Source: Marsupella aquatica (Eukaryota; Plantae; Marchantiophyta). From it: a stretch of 64,000 bases of DNA. Shown piece after piece: positions 28,277 to 40,973 of the stretch. Numbering within the stretch: the first letter of the stretch is position 1; each line of letters begins with the position of its first letter. The notes below the pieces were generated by a model. That model was not told the DNA's origin, did not search any database, and was given only the letters and a program-made list of their open reading frames with translations. Position numbers and translations under genes: made by a program. The stretch lies in contig OZ316894.1 in assembly GCA_973895155.1 (NCBI GenBank), forward strand, positions 11,277,892 to 11,341,891, read 5' to 3'.

Positions 28277-29297
28277 CTATTCCATGACTAGGGGAGATCT
28301 CCGCCCGTAATGATGGGGATACGGTGGCTCCGTGATTCCCTTGGGTCTCCTATAATGATTACGTGACTCCCGTAACTTCTTCTCCAATATCTTACACTTC
28401 TCCTTGTTTTTCCTTGCTGAATCCAACATGGGTCCGTACTTCTGAGTCACCTTTGTTACCACCATCTCTATAGCCTTAGAGACCAAGTCAGGGGGAGAGT
28501 AGGGCTAGGTGAGGATGGGCTTTTCCTCTTCCCCAACCTCAGCATATCGTTTCTCTTGGCCCTGGTCTCAAGGAGCCCAACCTAACCCCGTAACTCCACA
28601 ACTTGTCGCTTCAGCCTCTCTATCTCACTGGTGCTCTGCTTGAGCTTGGCCAATTCTTCCCTCAAGGCTCCCACCTCTAACGCTTCCTTAGCCTTGGTAG
28701 ACTGTTGAGCATAGACGACGATCACAACGGCAAGCCCATGAACCATCCAACGCACAATAGTCAACACAGAGAGATACGTGGTTCACCTCCACATGAGGCT
28801 ACGTCCACGGGAACACACAAGAGCTTTACTGCACTCTAGGCCGACCGGCCATACCAAGCATCCACAGCACAAGCTCTCCCTATCTCTCAACTGGCTCCGT
28901 AACAATGAGCTTGAGTTCCTACTCTCCAAGCAAACACGGCTTGGTTATAGAGTGTGCACAGCATGACTAACCTAACCAAGTCTACGACTAAGGTTAGCCT
29001 TAACTACGGTATAGTCGTGACTCTAGACCTAAGAGTAAATCCTAACATAGACAAGGTTCTGTGTAACTGAGAAATCTGAACCTGTGCCTCCATAAGTTGT
29101 CCACCTTGCTCTTGGATCACTACCTCCTTAGCCTTTATCACCTCTTTCAAAGCCCGGCTGCTTGTCTGCAAGGTTTCCACCCTGGCATTGGCTTGGTTGA
29201 GGGCCTCTCTCAAAGTTTGGCACAACTTCAGCCCCTCATGCACTCCATTGCGGAAATCACATAATTCAGCCAAATACACCTCGGGCACATCATAATT
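28277..29297 (-). pseudogene. C-terminal coiled-coil part of the host-element ORF, split by a solo LTR
   Basis: NYDVPEVYLAELCDF..QLHRTLS joins TKAKEALEVGALREELAKLK in frame when the LTR and one TSD are removed; stop at 28582-28584; frameshifted tail to 28277. Confidence 0.7.
28703..29047. mobile_element. Solo LTR, probably Copia-type, 345 bp
   Basis: TGTTGAG..CCTAACA termini; 5-bp TSD TAGAC (28698-28702, 29048-29052); removal restores the interrupted frame; same family as 675-1006. Confidence 0.92.
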
Positions 29298-29301
29298 AAG
29301 G

Positions 29302-29318
29302 AACCCCAATTTAAGGAA
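29302..29318 (+). repeat. Left TIR, AACCCCAATTTAAGGAA
   Basis: Exact reverse complement of 50335-50351. Confidence 0.92.
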
Positions 29319-29518
29319 TATTGAAGTATTAGATTAATTCCAATTTTATCTAAATATTATTAGTTAATGAATGATCAACCTCTTTAACATTTGGTGGGAT
29401 ACTCAAAAACTAAAAATATTTTGTTGCAAGATCTTTATAACAATGCATCACTAAATGACATCAAGTACCTCTTGATCCATGTACAAATCCTTAATTAAAC
29501 TGTCATTCATTGTTTCAA

Positions 29519-30096
29519 TTGTCTATTTAATTATTATAGGGTTGAATACAAAAAAGATTGACACGCACCAGGGTGCGTGACCTACAATCATAGTAAGTAC
29601 CACCCTTTAATTAGTTAGTTTCTTTACAACAATTAATAGGATTGTTGTATATTACAATGTCTACTCGACATTCATTTGAATGTCAATAATATCATGCCTT
29701 AATATCACCAAACTAAGGCCCCACTAACTAATATTATATCTTAAATAAACTAACCAACTAACTAACTTGTCTATTTAATTACTATAGGGTTGAATACAAA
29801 AAAGATTGACACGCACCAGGGTGCGTGACCTACAATCATAGTATCACCCTTTAATTAGTTAGTTTCTATTGCTTTGACTCAATCAGGCATGGAACCATAT
29901 AAAATCAGAAATCATTGAAAGTTGAGTTCACTTGAAGGTGTAACTATAATTATTATTTATTAATAGGATTGTTGTATATTACAATGTCTACTCGACATTC
30001 ATGTGAATGTCAATAATATCATGCCTTAATATCACCAAACTAAGGCCCCACTAACTAATATTATATCTTAAATAAACTAACCAACTAACTAACTTA
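29519..30096. repeat. Subterminal duplicated blocks (A-B-A-x-B) with palindrome variant ACGCACCAGGGTGCGT
   Basis: Block A at ~29519 and ~29767; block B at ~29633 and ~29959. Confidence 0.85.
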
Positions 30097-30189
30097 GACA
30101 ATAAGACTTGCCTAAACTTGAGTTCTCTGGCTACTACTATTTTGAGTTGCCTTTTAAACTGTATGCTAAACTACATGCTTCATTACTGT

Positions 30190-33100
30190 CTAGGATTTGT
30201 CACTTGCTATGCATGTCAAGAGATAGTCTATTGCCTTGGCAGCAACATTCTTTGGAATTCCTACCAGCCCTGTCACTGGTCCTTTGCGTGCTTTGAAACA
30301 CCACAAGGCAGAGGAAACATCTATTGTCTCAGCTTCCTTGTATATTGGAGCTGGATCACGTTCCTATTCTTATCCCAAGAATCTACCCACCGCTCTCTTG
30401 GCTGCCAGTCTGATTGACCACGTTGCTTCTTTGCCATAAATGGTCTAAACCACTCAACGCCACATACATGAGTAAGAAGGTTTTGTTCATTCACTGGTCC
30501 TTCTACCACATCTGTAACAACTAACCCCATATGGATGGGATAAACATCCAGGTCTGAGTCGTCCGGCCGTACCAACACATAACAGCCCTTCACAACATCA
30601 ACCCTAGGGTTAAAACTCTCAGGAGGTTTATCTTTTGCTGGTCCCACATAATCCACTGTTGCCTCCAACTCACATGCCACATTTTGATATTCTGGTGGAA
30701 CGTGCTCTCTCCATATTGATAAAGGCCAAAACCCGTATTCCAAGTGGTGTGCACCTTCAGGTTCATATTGCACCTGCTCACCCTGTAGAGTATCTACAAT
30801 GTCATTCCAATAATTTATGAGAGTTGTCCAACGTCGCTTTGGTTCTTCCTCTTTTGTTCGCTTTAGAATAAACTCAAAGAATGACACATGCTTCTTCAAC
30901 CCTGTCAGCACTTCAGGAAGCATTTTCAACTCCATCATTGGTAGCCGTTTGGGCACCCCAATTGGGATGTGAGGACTTTTGTCATCTTTCCATGACCACA
31001 TTTCAATACCTTCCTTGGGTAACCATCCCTGATCAGTTGATTTCATTTTGTATTGGAAGCATGGCATACTATCATGACAAACATAGAACCTAAACAGCCT
31101 AGGTTTTAAATGCCCCACCAATGCCTCAGGGCCCTTCAACATGAATGGAGCTAAGTAGTTTTTGAAATCTGGGACCTCCTATAGAAAATGTGGGACTGCA
31201 TTGGGTGTCCTTGCTCTCATGAACAAGGACATTAACTCAGGCAATGAGTATGTGGGGTTATGCATCATAGACTCTGAAAAATGCTCGAACATACCGTCAA
31301 TGTCCTCATGAGTATGCCCAACCACCATAAAACCAAGATGAACCTCTTCAAACACCTCCCTTGCCGTCAACAATGACAAATAAGCCATCATATATATGTT
31401 CTTGTTGTTTGAGGCACAATTATCCAGTTGTAGCTTCAATACTCGTGGAAGGGGCCTGAACTTTGGTGCCTCAGGTGCTGCATCACAATGTAACAATCTC
31501 AGAATGCTTTAAAATAAAACCCTAGTCAGACCCTAAACCCCAATTTAGGGTTTAGGGTTTAAACCCTATTAATGAAACCTTGGCTAAGAGGAGCAACAAC
31601 TACACAAAGTAGAGTGTCAGTGTGTGTGAGCTTATATTATTAAATAATTATAAATTAAAGGATTGTGAGTAAAGTACCTACGCTTGAGATGTAGGCAATG
31701 TCATCCTCAAATGCTCTAAGGACACTTGCCTCCAAGATATCTTTCTCCCAAAAAGGAGGTCTTTAAAAAGACTTGTCAAGTCTGGCCCCTCCACAAGTGA
31801 TTTGATCATTGGATTTGGGTTTTCCAACATCCTTAGTATTGAATCAATTGACCCAATAGTGATGTTGACATCACCTGGCCACACTCCAACATGATATTGG
31901 GCTATGGCCTTGGGACCATGACCATGAGTAAGGATACCAGTGACAGTGACGATAATTGAGAACTTTTGGACACCATCCACATGCTTAGGATTGAAGGGCA
32001 TTCTTGGGAGAGCTGTCTTTGAATGATCCATCTTATCATGAATAAGGCATAACACTTCCTTTGGATGATGGATGGACTCATATCTCCAGGTATGATAGCA
32101 CATTCTTTGCTGTGTGTGGTCTTGGTGATGTTCCTCCTCATCACGCCTTAGGCCCTCTAACTCTTCCTTAGCTCCTGTAAGGTTTGCTTTCCGTTGAAGC
32201 AACTCACTACAAGTTGTACATTTTGAAAAGTTGTTGCCCTTTTTGTGACGCGAGAACTCCCTGAAATACATCTGATGTAGATGACTCAAGGTGGGTTGGG
32301 AAATTGGAGGAAGACCAGCCTCCTTATTGACAACATTAACCCTATTTCTAATATTCTCCCAAGTAAGATTTGTTGGCAATTCCCTCAAAACCATCCTTGT
32401 ATTATCTGCCATGGTTCTCAACTTGGCTGGATGATGATCAGCTGCCTCCTCAATAATCTCTTTCATTGACATGAACGCTTGAGATACTTTCTCGGACATA
32501 CGCCTTTTTCCAGCATTACCATGGGTACCTATGTTCATTTTAGCCATCACAGTCTTCTTCAAGGCATAAAATTGAGTCTTTCCTCTTGAATGAATGATTC
32601 TCCATGCCTCCAAGCACAATACTTTGCCCTCCACTGCTAGAATCCTTTCTCCAGTACCCAAGTGTATTGTATTTTTAATAGCCTTGATTTCCTCCTCCTT
32701 GCGCTCCGCAAAATATTTTGACCACCACTTTTGCCTAATTGCCATAGCCAAGTTGCGGTCCAAATATTGGCAACAATGTTCACTACAACAGTCCTTAGAT
32801 GTGTCTCTTCTGGATGTCTAGGAAGATGGACTCTTTCTTTTCCTACTTTTATGGACGTAGGACCGCTTGCCACTTGTTGGAGATGTGTTCCCTCCCACAG
32901 CTTGCCTGATGTTGTGGAAAGACAACAAGTTGCCATCCTTGGCAATGAGTTGGTCCATCGACCAAGCTTTTAAGCAATCTCTATGCTTCAGATGATCTAT
33001 GATAGCTCCCTCGACAAAATCGTTGATCAGAATTCCCACATGTGTATTCCCAAGGGTGACATCCCCAAGCTTCACTATAGGATCTAGAACATGTATAGTT

Positions 33101-33550
33101 GCCACTGCAAAAATCAACTTGTTCTCATCCACCACCTTTACAGGCATGCCCATCCACAAGGCCTTTGGTAAAACTACTTCCACACCAGACCGACTCTCAT
33201 TATGGTTGTTCCCATCAGAATTTTGATTGACTGGATCTTGATCATCACCAACATTGCCAAACACATCCTCCGATTCCATGGGAGCTCGAAAAAGCTTATT
33301 CCTTTCCCATACAAGGTAACCCCCAATCATGTCCTTCAAAAGTTTGCCATCTTCGCATAGAATGGTCTTGTAAAAAACTTCCTCCAATAGAAGAAGACCT
33401 CTGTCCGCCCCAAGAGGAACATTCTGATAAACCCTGGAAGGATCAAGACTTATCACGCGACCTTTTCCAACCTGTTTCTCACGTATGCCTATAATAACTT
33501 GTCCGTCTTTCCTGATCCAGATTGTCAATGTCACCATAATAATTATGATC
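30190..33550 (-). pseudogene. Sola-like DDD transposase, two exons, disrupted
   Basis: ORFs 32818-33558 and 31678-32763 share a frame across one TAG. Intron 31677-31478 (GT..AG). ORFs 31179-31496 and 30321-31142 share a frame across one TAG. Motifs: CC..HCC, VLCLEAWRIIH, FSKCTTC..H, LIHDKMD, LQLDNCASNNKN, FMVVGHTHEDIDGMF. Frameshifts near 31750 and 30365. Confidence 0.8.
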
Positions 33551-33582
33551 CTGCACATCAGAGAATATCATTGTAAGCGTAC

Positions 33583-34243
33583 AGTCCTGTCACGTCCGTC
33601 AACTTCACTGCATTATCCCTAAACTGCACGCGATTGGTCGCGTGACCCTAGAGGTACCACACATACCGGCAACAGACTATGCATGGTCCGTCAATCATTT
33701 CAAGTGAATGAGAACGACCACAATCGATTACGATCAATCATTTCACATCCACTCAGAACAAATGAGTGGACAATACCAGTTTACCAATGAGTGGACACTG
33801 GACAGTCAGTAACTACCGAGGACTATAATTCTAATAAGCGCCAGTAAAAAATCCGTGAATTGCATTGTCCTGTCACGACCATCAACAAGTAAGCAGAATG
33901 TAGTCAATGCACTGCCCTGCACGCGACTAGTCGCGTGACCTTAGTCAGAGGGTGTAGGGATAATAGGGTCTACAAAGTAGAAGCTAGAAGCCTAGGCCCA
34001 AACTCTAGCTCGTACTTGGTACTTCATAAGTAAGATACGATTGCGCATGAGACAGTAAGATACAATTATGGATCTGAAGGCATCACACATACCGGTAACA
34101 GATTATGCATGGTCCGCCAGTCATTTCAAGTGAATGAGAATGACTACAATCAATTACGAACAATCATTTCAACTCCACTCAGAAAAAATAAGTGGACAAT
34201 ACCAGTTGACCAATGAGTGGACACCGGACAGTCAGTAACTACT
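33583..34243. repeat. Duplicated block upstream of the transposase, each copy with the 16-bp palindrome
   Basis: ctgcacgcga..gtcgcgtgacc at 33628 and 33921; cacacataccgg..ggacagtcagtaactac at ~33658 and ~34084. Confidence 0.85.
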
Positions 34244-34560
34244 GACCCTCATAAGCAATCTCAGTACTTCATTAGCAATCAGTATTCCCGGGGTGGTTGC
34301 CAAACGTGAAATTAAAGCCATAATTAGAGGACAACTGAACTTCCCACCAATTCTAATACGCGCCAGTCAAACGCGCACTCTCTTCTAGAAACCACTATGT
34401 ACAATGACTAGTGGAGACTAAACAGTATAAAGCATTGAGATGATCCCTACTACTCATTCCCCCACGCATTCCACTTTCTGGCTATTGGATAATCTATTCG
34501 CACATCAACTCTCTCATTTCCAATTCTTAGTCTCGGTCTGAATCTCTTGTTTGAAGGGCG

Positions 34561-35105
34561 ATGACTACTCCGCTGAGCTCAAAGAATGAGGATGTTCCGA
34601 CGGACGATTCAGAAGATTCGACATATCAAATTCGTGGTACTCCTTACAGAATGTGTCAGCGATGGAATATAATGTTTACGGTGACTAAATCGGGTCAAAT
34701 GTTTTGTGAGAGACGACATTGTTCGCCACATTTGTCGATGGAAGATCAGATGGAGAGCAATCCGACATAGATGACTACAAAGATGGCATCAGGGGAGAAG
34801 TTAAAGGGCAAAGCCCTCGTCAAATCCGTTTTGGGGGGGGGGAGAAGTTGAAGGCCAAAGCATGCGCTGAATCCATTTCGGGGGAAGCAGCAGCAGACGC
34901 TAAGACAGTCAAGAAGGAGGCCAAGAAAGTGGACGCACCGAAGAAAAGGCAATTAGAGATGAACAAAGATTCTGATTTGTATTACAAAAAGAGCAAGCCA
35001 AGAAAATCTATGGACGTTAGGACTTGGGCAAAGGAAGAATTCCTGGATTCAAGGGAATCCACACCAAACACCGATGACTGGATGCCTTCATCTTGGAATG
35101 ACTGA
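34561..35105 (+). pseudogene. Small frameshifted cargo ORF of unknown function (Cys-containing N-half, Lys-rich C-half)
   Basis: Overlapping ORFs 34561-34770 and 34719-35105 look like one gene with a frameshift; TATAAA at ~34426. Confidence 0.4.
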
Positions 35106-35349
35106 CTCGATCGAAGTCTACAATATTTTGAGTAGTCAAAGATTAGAACTACAGATTCAAGAGTAGTTCAAGTTAGAACTTGTTATAGATACTGTGTAGC
35201 TTAATTTTGTCCCGTGGAAAATAGTGTTCGAAAGACCAGGTCAGTTAAATTCCTGGATAGTGCTAGTGGATATGGATTCCACATCCGAAGTCCTTCAGGA
35301 TCGATGTAACCATTTTTGCAATCAAGGAAAAATCATCCACAAGATTCCT

Positions 35350-36395
35350 CTGACCTCTAAAACATTAACGCGACCGGGCGTGTGATGAAACAAAGACGTT
35401 GGTTTTAAAATAGATTTCTGGCCAATTTGCTAGGCTGTCGACTCCAATAAACAATATCAAAAAGACCTGAGATAAATTGGTTCACGTGACTATACACGTG
35501 ATGAACTACATGTGTAACCGAAAAAACAGGTCATCCAACTAACAAGTTGAGATCAGTCAGATCTGAGAAATAAAGCACGATTACGTTTAAGAGTGTAGAG
35601 CTTTTGCTGACCTCTAAAACATTAACGCGACCGGGCGCGTGATGACACGAAGACTTTGGTTTTAGAATAGATTGCTGGCCAATTCGCTAGGCTGTCGACT
35701 ACAATAAACAATATCAAAAGACACGAGATAAATTGGTTCACGCGATTGTGCGCGTGATGAACTACATGTGTAACCAAAAAATCAGGTCATCCTACTAACA
35801 AGTTGAGATCAGGCAGATCTGAGAAACAAAGGGCAATTATGTCTAAGAGTGCAGAGCTTTCGCTGACCTCTAAAACATTAACGCGACCGGGCGCGTGATG
35901 AAACAAAGATCTCAGTTTTAAAATAGATTTATGGCCAATTCGCTAGGCTGTCGACTACAATAAATAATATCAAAAGACACGAGATAAATTGGTTCACGCG
36001 ACTGTGAGCGTGATGAACTACATGTGTAACTGAAAAATCAGGTCATCCTACTAACAACTTGAGATCAAGCAGATCTGAGAAATAAAGGGCGATTACGTCT
36101 AAGAGTGCAGAGCTTTCACTAACCTCTAAAACATTAACGCGACCGGGCGCGTGATGATACGAAGACTTTGGTTTTAGAATAGATTTTTGGCCAATTCGCT
36201 AGGCTGTCGACTTCAATAAACAATATCAAAAAACCTGAGATATATTGGTTCACGCGACTGTGCGCGTGATGAACTACATGTGTAACCAAAAAATCAGGTC
36301 ATCCTACTAACAAGTTGAGATCAATTTGATCTAAGAAATGGCCCTCGATTACGTTTCGTTTCGCTAGGCCGTCGACTACAATAAACAATACCAAA
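35350..36395. repeat. Tandem array of four ~256-bp units, two palindromes per unit
   Basis: ctgacctctaaaacattaacgcgaccgggcg starts at ~35350, 35607, 35863 and 36119. Confidence 0.95.
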
Positions 36396-38954
36396 ATGTA
36401 CGGACAACTATAATTGAGCGCCATACAATTTTAGACTAGAGAATTCATTCGGATCCTCTACTAGTACTTCTGATACATTGCTTCTGTATTGGACTTGAAA
36501 CACGGATTGATCAAAATCGGAGTGAGAAATTGGACCATAACTTCATTGACTCAATTCATGCATTGAATGCGTGATTTAAGGCAACTACTCTCCTCATTTA
36601 TTGCAGAATTAATGCTTATTGATACTTACAAGTTATTCAGTTGCGTGTGGTCTCAGCGATGTTGGCGGCAACCCTCCTCCCAGCCAAGCCTCTTCCTTCC
36701 AGCGTAGCCTCTTCCTTCCAGCGTAGCCTCCTCCTTGTCCTAGCCAACTAAGCCTCCTCCTTCGAACTCCAATTTCCTTGAGTATTGTGACCGAATCCCA
36801 CCACCAGAGAATGACAACTTGTTGATCGTATCGAGATCAAAATCCTCGACCAGACAGTGATTTCAGAATAGCCTCTCTTTGTTGGTCCGCTAGAATGTTT
36901 CGATGAATGAGGCAGACTATGGAGGTTCTAAATCTTTATCGTCTCGCTTCGTCGCAACTCTCTTTCGCTTGATCGGATGTGCCCTCCCCAAGAAGGTGAT
37001 ACAACAAGAACTGCGCCAGCGTTGCTTGAATGAGCTTCGCCTCCGACTGGAATAGTTGAATGATCCAATCTGCTCCACCTCAAATGTGCCTTGGATCAGC
37101 CTCCGCTGAGAGCCTAGCTAGTATCCTGGTCAGGAGAAACTGAAAATGAAGAATGATCCGTGAGCAATGAGATCAGTCTATTGACTCCATGAAGGATGTG
37201 TTCATCTGGAATCAATTTTGATTTTGAAAATTGGTTGAGTCTCCAGTCGTGAGAATCATTGTACAGGATTGATTTTGAATATCGGTTCTCCTCGACCGTG
37301 AGAATCATTTTACGTTGTTTAGAGTTTGGGTTTGAATTGGCAAGATAGAGAATGGAGTACGGATCCGGATCCGACAGTCTCCACTACCAAAATGGAATGA
37401 TTTTGAAGTTTGCCTCACTCCGATCGTGAGAAAGTTGTCATTCGTTCACATTTTGGATTTGAATTGGCAGATATAGTGAAGATACGGATCCGGATCCGGG
37501 GGTCCCCACTAACAATCTTTTGCAGTTGCATAATTACCGGTTTAAATTTCAAATTGGCGATCAAATAGAAATCTCCTTTAGTACGGCAAATCAAAAGGAT
37601 TTTGGTAATCTTTTCTTCACGATTGCATAGTTTGTTGAGTCAATGGTGGAGTGTACAAAGATCATCTGGAACCTTCTTGTCGCTAGGCTGTTATTAGGGT
37701 TATGCTAAAATGATATCCTAATTAGTCCTTCCTTAGTGTCGGTGCCCACGGTCTCAAGTTCACTGTTCATTGTTGTTGTTTCTCGCTCCCTAGACTTTTG
37801 TGCGCCTACTCTCGTTGCTCTCGCTCTCGCTCTTGCTCCTGCCCTAGATTTCATTTTTGTCTTGTAGCTTGTTCGTTGTGGTCAGGTGCTTGTCGGCGCA
37901 TTGCAGCTCTTAGCAGTTGTCGATTGTTTCGGTCAGGAGCTCGTTGGTGTGTTGCAGCTTGCATTTACAGCTCGTATTCACTTCTAGTTTGCTCAAAGGG
38001 ATTCTTAGGAGCTCAATGGGTTTGTTGCAGCTAGTTTTTGGGAGTGCTTGTATCAGCTCGTGTTAGCCAATTTTAAGCTCATATCAGCTTGATCAACGTG
38101 TTTCAGCAGCTCGAACTACTTTTTGGCAGCTTGTTTTAGCTCCTTTCATTCATCATTCAGGTTTGTTTAAGCTCTTTCAATCTTCAAGTTTAGTGCACTT
38201 TTATTCATGCTCACTTTGTCTATTGACATCTTTGATTGTACTTCTGGAAGAGTCTTATTAACTCGACATAATGAGTTCCTTAGCATTAAGCACATGTTAT
38301 TCAATTGGCAGCAGCGAAGCTCTATGTATAGAAGTATAGAAGCTGTGTTGTTGTTGCTTAGCATATTAATATCTTCAATCTTATATTTACTTTTTGGAAT
38401 GCCGCAGCAAGGTCTTCAAGTGCTTGGACGTCAATCTCTCAGACGATTACATCAATTTTTCAGAATTCAGGTGCAATTTCTACATTATCTGCTGGTGTTG
38501 ATTGTTGTTTGCTAAAATTTCTCTTGATTGTTAAGCTGAGTTTTCATAATGCAGTTTGTCTGTAAACTCAAATATGTCTGAATCATACAAACTCACTAAT
38601 TAAAATACAACCTGAATCGTCTTAAGTAAGTCATTACAAACCTGCACGCTGTGAATTTAATCATATAAACTCTCATGTTATGTTACACTGAATCCTTTAA
38701 TTGACAAATACAACCAGTAGACTGCTAAATTGAATCATCTTAGCTGAATCATTCTCTAAATTGAATTCCTTGCAATATGAAAACTTCTGATATATAATAG
38801 TTTCACAATGAAAGAGCTCAAACATCTGAATTATTGTAAAGTTCATGAATAAATACAAATGAATGAAATCATGCTTACTCGGATTTCCCTGTTCGTAGGG
38901 GTCAGTAATCACAGTTGTATCACTGTATTATCCTAGTGTCCAAAAGTTATTTGA

Positions 38955-39702
38955 GCTGTTGATGCGACCAGTCGCATGAGAAGATTGTGAGGTTCCATTT
39001 AGGATCAGTTGACGCGACCAGTCGCGTCTGAGGTAGCTCTCTCATTGACTGGTTCTGTTAGAGGAGGTAAGGTTCCATTTAGTTTAGTTGACGCGACCAG
39101 TCGCGTGTGAGAAGGAAACAGGATAGATTACTGAGCGCGTACCATATCCAAATCTCCAAAAGGAAGGTTCAGTGGATATAGTTGTTTAGGTTCAGTTGAC
39201 GCGCTCAGTCGCGTCTGAGGTAGCTCTCTCATTGAATGGTTTTGTTAGAGGAGGTAACGTTCCATTTAGGATCAGTTGACGCGACCAGTCGCGTCTGAGG
39301 TAGCTCTCTCATTGACTGGTTCTGTTAGAGGAGGTAAGGTTCCATTTGGGATCAATTGACGCGACCAGTCGCATGTGAGAAGGAAATAGGATAGATTATT
39401 GAGCGCGTACCATATCCAAATCTCCACAAGGAAGGTTCAGTGGATATAGTTGTTCATGTTCAGTTGATGCAACCAGTCGCGTCTGACATAGATCTCTCAT
39501 TGACTGGTTCTGTTAGAGAAGGTAACCTTCCATTTAGGATCAGTTGACGTGACCAGTCGTGTCTGAGGTAGCTCTCATTGACTGGTTCTGTTAGAGGATG
39601 AAGCAACATTAATGATTTGTCACGTTGTGACCTAAAAAAATCACAATCTTCCAAAGAATTGTTTAATATACATTCTGATTTGTAGACGCGACCAGTTGCG
39701 TG
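38955..39702. repeat. Array of ~80/~108-bp subunits, each led by GTTGACGCGACCAGTCGCGT
   Basis: Nine motif copies at 38962, 39012, 39091, 39199, 39279, 39359, 39467, 39547 and 39686. Confidence 0.92.
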
Positions 39703-39742
39703 AAAATCATCCCTGGGATGTATCATTTGGCTGAAAAGAGTC

Positions 39743-40296
39743 ATGGGGGAACCTAGTCTGGAGAGCTTCAGATATCTATGCCCAATATTTGACGTTTTGG
39801 ACAGAAGCCAAGATGGTCTACTGGCGGGATATTCTGTAATTGTTGAAACACTACTACCTGGACTTCCAGATTTGATTGTCGCGGAATTGATATGGCCTCG
39901 GATCAAGGAGTCATTGAATTCCTTGGTTAATGCATGAAATTTCTCAATAAAGGAATTGGATGAGTTTGTAGGACTATCTTCAATGTGCCGCAGATGGCGC
40001 CACCTTGTTGGGAATACCTATCTTTTGGGTGTAATCAAGTTGAGTTTATTAGATTTGGCTTTCCCAGGAAATCCTACTAAACCGATTCAAAATGAGTCTC
40101 TCTCATCGACAGTTCAAAGTTTCTTCTAGAAATACCCAAGAATTAAATTCATGGGGTCAATGTCCAGAGATCTTAGGGAACTCTTCACGAAGACTTACGA
40201 TGCTCTTCACCCTCTTGAAAAATGGAAATTTACAGTTAGATGCCACGAAGTTGGATACCTTGAGGGTGACATCTACGCTTTTAAGGAATGCTAGTT
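39743..40296 (+). pseudogene. F-box-like module 1 (disrupted)
   Basis: LLPGLPDLIVAELIWP..(*)..LSSMCRRWRHLV. Confidence 0.65.
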
Positions 40297-40359
40297 AACT
40301 TACGCGACCGGGCACGTTGTATGTCTTCTAACAATGTTTTGTGATATGATAAAAGCAGG

Positions 40360-40887
40360 ATGAGCCAACTTTTGAATGAGGCTCGAGATTTCCTTTCATC
40401 TCATGAAAGGAAACAGAAAACAATATGGGATACGCTGGATGAAACCTCCTCTAGTCTCATTGGAGGAATACCAGATGTTTTGGTCATTTCAAACATTTGG
40501 CCAATACTCTACAAACACTTTATTTCAATTGAAGGATTGCGTCGATATCGACACCCCGATAACAATTTGGTTATCGATAGGATCCGAGACCTTATTCGGC
40601 TTGGAGCTTGTAGCAAGAAGTGGAACTTTTTAGTTACAAATACAAGGTTATGGGCTATCCTCAAACGAGCAAACCGGATTGTCAATGACACAAATGAAGC
40701 ACTTTACTACATACCCAAAACTGATGAGTTGGAGTTTGACTCAATCTGTCGAGTTATTCAAGAGGATATTTCTATGTTCCCAGAAATATCTGTTCTTGGG
40801 ACTACTACTTCTGACAAAATCGTATTGTTTACGAACAAATATAACTATTTAGATGCTCAAGGAAGAACGAGATGTTCTAATCGAAAG
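40360..40887 (+). CDS. F-box-like module 2 (exon)
   Basis: LIGGIPDVLVISNIWP..LGACSKKWNFLV..RLW; phase-0 donor at 40888. Confidence 0.65.
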
Positions 40888-40973
40888 GTTTGGTAGATTT
40901 TCTCAGAATCTAGGTGGTCCCAATTCTTAATGGATAGGTTCTTGTTCTTAATCTTTTCCATATTATGTTGCAG

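Noticed and set aside
38955-39702. CRISPR-like appearance (palindromic repeat with spacers)
   Set aside because: The spacers are themselves repeated, there are no cas genes, and the context is eukaryotic.
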